Source: Ministeria vibrans ATCC 50519
Lineage: Eukaryota; Protista; Filasterea
DNA: 44,738 nucleotides
Direction of reading: 5' to 3'
Assembly (NCBI GenBank): GCA_943704425.1
Contig: CALSCP010001415.1
Span: 1-44,738 of the forward strand
The notes beneath the pieces are model-generated. The model was given only the letters and a program-made list of their open reading frames with translations, was not told where the DNA came from and did not search any database. Shown in pieces: positions 12,661-23,000 of this stretch (its first letter is position 1; every line of letters begins with the position of its first letter). The position numbers were made by a program, and so were the translations under genes.

Positions 12661-13304
12661 TTATGTTGTTCTTCGGACCTTTTGTATTCTTCGGAGAAGC
12701 TCGGGGTCGCATGCTTCGCGTGGGATAAGAAGGGATTTCCTCAGCATGAGCCGCGAAGTCTGTGTAAAGTGCAACCGAGTGAGCATTGTGGCGAGTGTCG
12801 TCTGTACACGCGCAGAGAGACCCCCTTACCCCTTCCAGTAGTGCGACATTGTTGCACAGCTTGACAATGTCGCCCGATACGCCGTATAGCAGACAAATGT
12901 GCGCAAATGTGTCGGTTGACTAAAAAAAGTAAGAGAGGAGTTTTTTTTTTCTTTTTTCTTTTTCTTATTTTGTCGTTTTTGCGGTCGACTCGGTGACAAA
13001 GTTGTGATTGAAATGGGAGTGTGAGGCGTGTAGGCGCCGCAGAGAAGGAAGCGGTGAGGGTGGGGGTGGGATGGTTGAGCAGAAGAAAGACACGTACGGT
13101 AATAATATGTTCGAGACACTCGTCTCGACCCCAGCGCATCTTAATGGGCCTTCTCATGGCCCCGTCGACAGAGCTGACACTCACAGCATCCGGTGCGGCC
13201 GTGCCGTATCCTCTTCGGGCGGATGCCTAATGTGCAAACGACGTTCAGGTGACACACTCTGTTGTCGATGGACGACTGACCTGTAGCCAGGAATTCTCGC
13301 TCAT
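12661..13304 (-). CDS. LysM-domain protein, LYSMD1/2-like (3' end uncertain)
   Basis: Phase-0 exons 13304-13281, 13226-13098, 12919-12830 and 12759-12679 give MSENSWLQASARRGYGTAA...LEHIITSTDTFAHICLLYGVSGDIVKLCNNVALLEGTSRLMLRKSLLIP. The gene either reads through to TAA at 12661 or splices after 12679. Confidence 0.78.
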
Positions 13305-13601
13305 CGTCTCAAAAAGAAAGATGGGTGGGGTCACAGTGGGCGGACTGGGCCAGCTGTTATGTAAAACGCAAAGGTAGAAAAACGAATATTAATTATTTTA
13401 TATTCGACTTCTTTTTGATGAAGAGTCAAGTTCATTCATGGGTTATGTGCGGCACTTAAACAATATTGATTTCGCCCGGAACAAAGCTCATCGGCACTCT
13501 ATGCTCGAAAACAAACACAGCTTAGGTCAGTCCTGTCGCTCAACTATACATGTATGAATAACGAATGTGATTGATTGGGTATGAATTCATCGCTTCATTA
13601 G

Positions 13602-15167
13602 TTATTCGAGGGGTTCAGGAGCCACTGACTTGGTGTCACCGGTGGGTGTGACGTAGGCAGCAGTGAGACCGCCGTCGACGGCGAAATCAGTGCCGGTGAC
13701 GTACGACGATTCGTCACTCGCCAGAAACAGAGCGCCCTTTGCAATCTCAATCGCCTGACCTACAGAGAGAAAGAGAAAGAAAGACAGAAAGAGATAGAGA
13801 GAGGGAAACAAAGTAATGGAGGAACAAAGTTTTGGAGAAACAAAGTGATGGAGGAACAAAGTGATGGAGAAACAAAGTGATGGAGAAACAAATGGAAGAG
13901 AAACACAAATAGAGAAAGTTCAGAAGAGCGAGTAAGTGAGTGACTCAGTCGCACCAAAACGGCCCATTGGGACGTGCACGAGACGACGCTGCTTCTTCTC
14001 CTCGGTGTCGAGGAAGTCCATGAGAAGAGGGGTCTGGAGGGGTCCCGGGCAGATTGAGTTGAAGCGGATGTTCTCGCGCGCATATTGGACAGCCATTTCA
14101 CGACTACAAACGGAGCACCAGAGCGAATAAAAAAAACGGCTCTCTGTTAAATAAATGTGTGGTTACGTCAATGCAAGAACACCTCCCTTTGAAGCAGTGT
14201 CTACAACACAAAAACACGAGTCAGTATCCTCTCTCTCTCTCTCTCTCTCTCTCTGTCAGTCTGTTCTTCTCACAGGCGCACTGGGACGTTGCTGCACCCA
14301 AAATACCCACAAACGACGCTGTGTTGATGACACTGCCTCCGCCGGCCCGCTGCATCGCCGGAACAGCATATCGGCAGCCCAACCACACTCCCTGGTGGGA
14401 TTCGTTTGCGGTGAGTCACATTGCATACAATATCACCACTACCTTACTTTGAGGTTGATGTTCATTGTGAGGTCCCAAATGCGCTCTTCCGTCTCGCTGA
14501 TACCGCCATCCTACAGTCCGAAATATGTTGGCTCGACTCTCAGTCTATCTTTGTGTAGCTTACGGCCGGATGCATAATTCCCGCGTTGTTGAAGATGATA
14601 TTGAGTTTGCCTGTGAAGAAGGGCAAAAGTGGGTTTAGTTTCGTCTTCTTCAATGTGTTGCTGTGTGTGTGGGGGGGGGCGCCTACCAAACTCCTTCTCT
14701 GCGGTAGCCACCATGTTCTCAGCATCGGCTGCCTTGCTCACGTCCGCGTGCACGTAGACAGCGCGAGGCCCCTCTTTGGCATTGATCGAGGCAATCGTTG
14801 CCTGTCCCGCCTACACCACACAGCGAGGAGAAAACACGCAGCGGTGGGTCAGATGCGCGTGTACAGCCCATAATGGTGGGTCCAAGGCGGTGAATGGAGA
14901 AGGAGGTGGACATTTCGTAGCGGATGGATGAGATGCACTTTCTGTCGTACTTCGTCATTCACATCGGCACCCACCACATGTGCGCCTTCCTGTGCGAACA
15001 GCAAGCATGCTTGCTTGCCGATACCGCTGCAACAGAGACCCACGAAATGAACCGTGATGAGAAGGAGACAGGGGATATTTATCAAAAGTGTATCGACGAT
15101 TTGGCTGTACACACACACACCTGCCGGCTCCCGTGATGATTGCGACCTTTCCATCGAGACGTCCCAT
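13602..15167 (-). CDS. Classical short-chain dehydrogenase/reductase (FabG-like), complete, multi-exon
   Basis: Contains TGAGSGIG, NNAGI, the catalytic YTASK (in a small exon near 14177-14210), [10 protein letters not shown] and [13 protein letters not shown]...VDGG, all spliced in frame. Confidence 0.92.
13803..13895. repeat. Intronic minisatellite, ~16-bp unit GA[A/G]AACAAAGTGATG, 5-6 copies
   Basis: Tandem copies are visible in the last SDR intron. Confidence 0.85.
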
Positions 15168-15266
15168 GACTGTATATAACTAGAGGTTCAAATAAACTTA
15201 TAATTATTTTGAAAATTGAAGGGTTTGAATTTTGATCAGTCAAAACGAAAAATGTGTGTATTTCGT

Positions 15267-16066
15267 TTAGCACTGGCCGCAGTTGTCAATGACAATCTTC
15301 TGGGAAGTCTTGCCAGACTCGGAGCCGTAGCCCTCAATCTACAGGAACAAAAAAAGAAAAGTGAATGAGTGAGAGATGGCGATGAAATGGGGTCGTGTAC
15401 CTTCTTGACGATGTCCATGCCCTCGACGACCTGGCCGAAGACGACGTGCTTGCCGTCGAGCCACGCAGTCTTGACGGTGCAGAGGAAGAACTGCGAGCCG
15501 TTGGTGTTGGGGCCAGCTGTAAGACAAACGGAGAGGCGAAGTGATAAGAGAGAGGGAAATGCAGCGTGATTAGAGTGAAAAGAGAGAGGAGAACAAAGTG
15601 ATGGAGAGAGAGAAAAGGAGAAAGAAAGAAAGAGGATAAGTCAAGATGATAATTAAAATGAACAGAAGAGTGTTTCATACCGTTAGCCATCTGAAAGTGT
15701 GCAACAGAAAATGAAAAGAGAGAGAGCGAGAGACAACATGTTAGGAAATACTACTGTTTTCTTGTGTGGAAGTAAGGGCGTACGGAGAGGATTCCGGGGC
15801 CGGTGTGCTTGAGAGTGAAGTTCTCGTCAGCGAACTTCTCGCCGTAGATGGACTTGCCACCTGCAAAGGACAACAACAACAAACAACCAGAACGACAAGG
15901 TATGAGCCAATGCGATGGAGTGCTTTGTGTGTGTGTGTGTGTGTACCAGTGCCGTTGTGGCGGGTGAAGTCGCCACCCTGGCACATGAAGTTGGTGATGA
16001 CACGGTGGAACGAGCAGCCCTTGTAGCCGAAGCCCTTCTCGCCGGTGCAGAGAGCGCGGAAGTTCT
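15267..16066 (-). CDS. PPIA: Cyclophilin A-type peptidyl-prolyl isomerase, lacking its N-terminal exon(s)
   Basis: [55 protein letters not shown]...GILS|MAN|[11 protein letters not shown]...[12 protein letters not shown]...IVIDNCGQC*. It includes a 10-nt exon at 15681-15690. No VFFD...PKTA segment was found upstream. Confidence 0.92.
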
Positions 16067-16487
16067 CTACGAACACACAAACGAGTGAGTGAGTCAAAAA
16101 AAAAAAAAAAAAAAAAAGATGAAAGACAGTGAACGATCGCGACAAGGGACTGGCGAGTTGAACGGGTGTGTAGAGTGCAGCGTATGCAGAGGATACGCAG
16201 CAGAAGCAGAGATGGGCAGGGTGAGCTGTGGCGAGGAGAGCAGAGAAGAGGACTTTTCGGGAAACGAACATTATGTTTTAACAGACAGTTGAAACAGCAG
16301 CAAGAGACGCATCGAACGGTGCAGCTCGAGCGAGGGCCGAAAAAACAGTCGTGTTGACAAAGTGAAGGGAGTGCGAGGGAGCAAGGGGCAGCGAGAGCGA
16401 CGAGAGACCTCAAAGACAGAATTCGCTTCGACGAAAAAAAAAAAAAAAAAAAAAAAAAAAACGAGAACGAAACGAAAACAAACTCAC

Positions 16488-16664
16488 CTGCAAAAGCATC
16501 GCGTTGGAAGCAGCTGCACGCTTCATCGACTTCACATAGGCTCGTTCAGACTCCACCATCATGTCAATTGATTCTGTCATAAAGCGCAACACTTGACCGC
16601 CCTCGCCAAGACGCCGGCACGTCGCCGCATACCCCGAGACCGACAGGTCGCTGAACGACGACAT
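16488..16664 (-). CDS. First exon of a probable F-BAR (FCH) domain protein; remainder absent
   Basis: [49 protein letters not shown] resembles the FCH pattern F.D...GY..L..R...G...E..Y.K.L. It ends at a GTGAGT donor. Confidence 0.6.
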
Positions 16665-17000
16665 TGGGGTGTCGCTTTGCAAGAAGACCCGATACTTAAT
16701 TATTTGTGATTGAATTTTGATTTTTGAAAATTGAAAGTACATCATTTACATTGACAGAACAGAACCGAACACGAATAGACAGACAACTATTGTGCTTCCG
16801 CCCATACATACCGTCATGGGCTACTGAATACAGAGTACTCCTACTTACTAGTCACTACTGAGTGCAAAGTAGTGACGGGAGCACTGACTCACGCAAATAT
16901 AATCGACTCCATCAATCAGTCATTCACTTCCCTCTCTCTTTACATCTCATGAGAAAGAATCAACTTCAAAATCCCATCAATTTTCTTTGATTTTTCTGTG

Positions 17001-20000
17001 ATGCTCTCCCTCCTACTGGTACTCCCTGCCTTGGCCTTGGCGTCGGCCCTGCAGGCGGGGACGCACAGAGAGAGAAGAGTTCACATGTTTGAACCAGACG
17101 AAGTGTACACGTACGCCTTCCACGGACAGGTACGCCACCCCCCGCCATGTGCATCCTGCCTCTCCCTTGCCCCTCTCCCGTCCGATTTCCTTCGATATCT
17201 GTCGCAAATTTAAAAAAAAGAAAAAAAAGAAGGAGGAAAAAAAGAAATCTTTCAAGAAAATCTAAATCTAAAGTGGTTCCGAATAGACCACATTGGCGAC
17301 GGGCTCAGCGTCCGCGACGCATTCTGGCATGGACGTGCGGTGTGTAGTCGACTGTCAGGCGGCGAGCGCGTCGGACGACCGCCTTGTCGTCCATTTTCAC
17401 GCGCGCAATGTGACGGTGCTCGAGTGGGACGGCCAAACCGCAGCCTTCCTGCCTTCGTCGATGTCGCCCTTTTACGACGCCTCCCTCAGCCGCCACCCCT
17501 TTTCAGCGGCCTTCGACCACGCCGGGAACATCTCCAGCGTCTGGCTGGCGCCCGAAGACGACGTTTGGGTGGCCAACCTCAAGCGCTCCTTTCTGTCAGC
17601 ACTGCACGTTCATCTGCTCGACGGCGATCTCTTCACATCGATGCACGCCGACCTCACCGGGACGTGCCGCGCGAGGCACTCGGTACGTCGTCGTGACGGA
17701 CAGGATGCCCTTGAGATCTCGCGTGTACGCGACCACTCCGATTGCGAATCGCGTGCGCTCCATCACAACATGCAGCACCCTTCGCACTTGACGCGCGTGC
17801 AACAAGACCTCTCGTCCAGTACCGACTCGCTCCACGTCCTCAACACCACGACACGTCTCGTGATGTCCGCCTCGCACTCCGAGTCGCATATTTACACGGG
17901 TCTCGGCGCCTCGCGCGTGTCTCATGCTGCATCACGCACGTCCCTCTCGCTCATGAGTAGCTCTTCTTCGCAGCACCGCCCCGTCATCAGCGTCCAACGT
18001 GAACACCTTGTGCTCACCACGCTTGCCTACGAGCACCCGGCCAAGTCGCTCGACGCAGCGTCAAGCGACGACGCCGAACACCTCGCCGCTGTGCGTCTCT
18101 CCATCCTTGCGCTCGTCCACAGCAACGCCTCGTCGCTCACCCCCGCCATCGAGTTGCTCCAACAGCACCCGGTCGTTCTCTCGTTGCTCGTCGACGACCT
18201 GCACAACCGCACGGCGCGCGGTCGTCTTGTAGACGTCATCACCGCCGTTGGCTCCAGTGACTCTCACCAGTTTGTGTGCAAGTATGTCCTCGACAACGTC
18301 CACATGCCTGTCGACGTGCGTCTGCGTGTTCTCATGAACACCGCCTACCTGCCACACCCGAGTCCCGCCATGTTCCGCGATGTTGCCCGCCTTGCCAGTG
18401 CCGCCACGGGCGCCGATACTCTCGCCGACAACGCCTTGCTTGCCTTCGCCTCCATGGTCTACGCCCAGCGCCAGGCCAACCCGGACCTCATGAAGCAGCC
18501 ACTGGCACCTCTCACCCGCGCCATCCTTGAACCAGTCGCTCGCACCCTCAAAGATTCCGCGTCCATCTCGCTCAACCGCAACCTCGAGCAACTTTACATA
18601 TCGACGCTCGGCAATGCGGGTCTCGTCGACTACATCGACTCGCTCCTCGCCGTCATCCTGCGCCCCACTATCCCATCTCCCGCCCTGCTCCATACCATGA
18701 GCGGCCATCAGGACGCACGCGTCTCCGCCATTCGCGCCCTGCGCCACATGCGTCCATTGCCCTCTATCGCCCGCAGTGCTCTCATCGTCATCTACTTTGG
18801 TCCGCACCTCAATGACAACAACAACGACATGAAGAAGGCGCAGGCTCAGCCGGACTCCGATGCCGTGCGCATCGCTGCCTTTCGTGCCCTCATGGACTCC
18901 AACGAGGACCTCTACTCGTCCGAAGTGACGCGTCTCGTGCAGTCGCTTGCTCATGAGTCCTCCGTCGAAGTAGGCTCCTACGTCCTCTCCCACTTCAAGT
19001 CGCTCGCCGCAAGTGCCACCGACGCCTCCCTTGCTCGCCACGTCCGCGGCATTCTCTCCGACATGCTCTCCTTCTCCGCATCTGTTTCCCTCTACGGCAT
19101 CGAACTTAACCTGGGCTTCTCCAAGTCCAAAGAGTGGCTTTTCCTGGGTAACACGGAGTTTGGCGCGTCCATTGGCTTCGACCTCGTCAACGAGGCGGCC
19201 GTCTTCATTCCCCGCAGCGGTCATGTGCGCTTCGACGCCGAAATCCGCAACGTCGGCTACCTTCGTGCCTACGCCTTCAAGAAACTGTACAACCTCGTCG
19301 AGGTGGGCTTCACCGTTGAGGGTCTCGAGTTTGAATTTGGCGGCATTGGCAATGGCGCGCGTCGTCGCGACGCCCACGACGGCAATGACATCACCGACAG
19401 CGAAGAGGACAACGTCGAACACCCCGCAGACGACGTCGAAGACGATCTTCTCTCCCTTGCAGACGACCCAAATGCCGTGCCTTACCACATCCACGAGCAG
19501 GCGGGTCACATTGAGTTTTACTCGCTCGAAGCGTACGCCGCCTTTGACAACGACACTCCCACCGATCAGGAAAAGGACCGCCAGACGCGCTGTACCCCGT
19601 CAGCGTCGGCCACATACGCGTGGGTCACCGCCCCGTGGGGCTGTTGCTCCAAAAAGTGCATGCCAGGCGGCAAGCAGACTCGCTCAGTCAAGTGCGCCTC
19701 GTACGTCGGCACCACCGTTGAGTGTGCCAATGTCGCCGCCGTCAAGTGCGCCGCCGTCGCCATGCCTGCTTCCGAGCGCACCTGCAACACCAATTTGCCC
19801 TGTCCGGTTGCCGGAAGCGTCGGCGAAATGGCCTGGTCCATGGCACCCACCTGTGAGACGTACAAGGGCACGCTCGGCCTCAGCAAGCAACTGCTCGAAG
19901 AGCTCAGCTGTATGCATCCGGGCAAACTCAAGAATGCCCTTGAAATTCCCGAAATCTGTGCCACATCAGGCGCCTTCCCGTGGGTCCAGGACAAGACCTT

Positions 20001-23000
20001 TGACGAACTGAAGGCGTCCGTCGAGGGCCAGACCAAATTCTACCAGATCAACTCGGCCATTCGCTCCATTGCGCAGCAGTACGTCCTCTACAAGTACCGT
20101 ATCTTTACCAAGGGCACCAACGGCACCTGCTACAAGTGTCGCCAGTCCAACATTGTCGGGACGCCTGGCAACAGTAACCACCAGAGTGGCGGTGCCATTG
20201 ATTTTGCTCAAAACTCGCGAGAGCGCTTCAAGACGGTCATGAACAGCAAATGGTCGCGCTACTCGGATCGTCATCCGGGCAGGGACAAACCCCACTACGA
20301 CCGTTGGCCCACAAGCGACCTTGTCTCGTTCAAGGCCGACTCCATTCGTGCATTCCAGCGTCTTCACAATCGCAACTGCGCCCCTCAGCCCAGCTGCAAG
20401 ATTGCCGAGACGGGCGTGTGGGTGTGGGATGGTGAACTCGATCGGGCTCTCTTTGATGCGCCTCGCAACGGTTACTCCGGCGGTGCCTCTTGCTCGACAC
20501 CACTGCCAGGCGCCAACGAACCCCCAAGCTGCTGCAGCAAAGACCTCAAGAAGAAGGGTCGCTGCATTGCGTCCTCCACCTGCAAGAACAACGGGGGCGC
20601 AACGCTGTCGGGCCTCTGTCCTGGTATCTCCAAGTGTTGCGTTGACGAGCCCGTCGATGGTGTCGAGGTTACCATTAGCAGCAAGAAGGAAGGCTCGGAA
20701 GATCTGTTCCCGGTGCCCACCGTCATGACCGAGCAGCAGGCCGCTCAGTCGCAAGAGACCGAGGACAAGACCGTGTCGGTGCCCGTCCCCAAAGATCTCT
20801 CTCCGACCAACCTTGACTCGCTTCGCAACATCGGCTCCTTCCTTCGTCCCAACCGCATTCGCATTCGCCTCACCAAGAAACCGACGGCAGCAGTGACTCT
20901 TACGCTGACGCTCTCGTGCTGCGAGCCCGACGGCCTTGGCAGCTGCAATCAAGTCACCAACAACAACGTTTATGGCTTTTTCGATGCGGGCGCCGCCACC
21001 ATCTACCCGTCGCAGCTTAATTTTGCTGCCAACTCGGACACCTACAAGGTCTATCAGTCGGTGGGCGTTTCCAACAACAGCCCGCAACCGCAGTTCTGCT
21101 CCGTTTCCATTCAAAACTATTCCCCAGCCGGTCCCTACGCCGGCTACCACATCACTTTTGATCTCACCCTGCCCGCCCTCAGTGTATGTCGCGCCTACAA
21201 CGAACAGGAAGTGGACTCCACGTCGGGCGGCGGCACTGGCCGTCGTCGTGGTGCCAGCACCGACGAGCAGGATCCCATTACCGTCGAGGTCAACGAGCAA
21301 GACGCGGTGCACGACGAGTCGCATCACGAACGCCACCAGCACACCCAGAGCCGTCGCAGCATTGATGGCGACGATGCGTCGCTCTCGTGCAACTGTCCCG
21401 AGGCCGCTCCCGAAGAGTGCCAGTCGGGCCTGTGTGCCGTCAACAGCGCCTTCTGTTCCTTCATCAATAGCCAGGAGCGTGCCACGAGCAACATGGACGG
21501 CACCGACGACAAGACGTGCGCTGTTCCCTCCGGCTCGACCGGCGCCCCCTCGTGCAACGTCTTTGGCAGCATGCCCTGGCTGTCGGACGGTCAGCAATTC
21601 AACTTGGCCGCAACGTGTCACGCATTGCTGCGCAGCGACGCCGACGAGAACCTGTTCAAGTGCGTGCAGAACAATCTGATTTCGGGGCTGCAGGCCGTCG
21701 ATTCGTCGTACCAGTCGGCTTACGCGGCTCTCAAGGGCACCGTGGTGCCCGGCAATGCTTTTTCGGCCGACGAGTACCACCGCAAGCTAGTGAACGGCGG
21801 CGGTGGTTTGCCGTCGCCGTCGCAGGCCGAAACTGTCTTCTCCATCTACAAGACGGCTTACGAGACGTGCTGTTGCGCCGAGACGCCTGGCCAGTACCTT
21901 GCCTGGATCGCATCGACGCCCGTCAAGATGGAGCCGGCCACAGTCAACTACAATCACCAGCTGTACGGCACATGCGAGAACCGTGCCACCGTGAGCGGCG
22001 ACAAACCCGGCATCACCGGCTATTTCTTCATCAATCTGCTTGGACAAGAGTGGAAGCGTTGGTATGTCTTTGGACAGGACCCCAACGATACGGGCGACCG
22101 TCGTCGTCGTCGTCAGCAGGTCATGAGCGAGTTTGACGAGCGCGGCGAGGCACTCGTCGCTTCGTTGCCGTCGAATCACCCAGCGCGTCTCGACCATCGC
22201 GCGCGTCGTGGCTTCATCAAGGACAACCTTGCGGATCTCATTGCCAACCTGGATCCGGCTCAGTACTGTTTGAGCTACCCTGCCATCAAGATTATGGACC
22301 TGTCGGTGCCTTTCTTTCCCCCGTACGTTCAGTATGTGCCTCTCATTCTGGGTGTTGCCCTGGAAATTCGCATTAGTGCCGGAGCCTACTTCCGCATCTA
22401 TGCCAATGCCGAGGTGTGTCCATTGGCGCTGTCCGCAGGCGGCTCTATTGGTCCCGACCTGGGTGCCGAGCTTGTGGGCTCCGTCGCGCTCAACGCCTTT
22501 GTAATTCGCGCGGGTATTACATTGAGCATCGAGTTGCTGCAGAACTCGCTGCGTTTCAGCGCGGACCTCGCGTTCGCCTCGAAACCCTTCCAGGTGTGCT
22601 TTGATTTGACGCGCGAGCAAAATCCCCTCACCTTCAAGTTCGAAGCGTTTGTTCAGTTGCGCACCAAAATCAAGTGGTGCAAGGTCTGGGGCGTGCCCAT
22701 TCCTTGTGGTCTCACCTGGGGCAAGCGCCATGCCATCACTCTTGGCTCAGGCTCACTCTCCTCCAATCATGTTATTGACGTCATGTGGACCAACTGCAAG
22801 GCGGACGTGAACACGCGACCCGTCGCGACTCCCGCCCAACTGACCGTTGGCGAAGACGTGCTGTACACGGGTACACTGGCTGGTACTGACTCGGACGGTG
22901 ACAGCCTCACCTTTGCCATTCACACCGAAGCGGACGGACTCGTGGTGCTTACCGACGAAACAAGCGGAACCTTCACGTACCGCAGTGCCAAGCACCGTGC

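Noticed and set aside
19850-20310. True Hedgehog N-terminal (Hedgling) domain
   Set aside because: The motifs match bacterial M15 peptidases followed by a PG-binding domain, and no adjacent VWA domain is seen; only the fold is shared.
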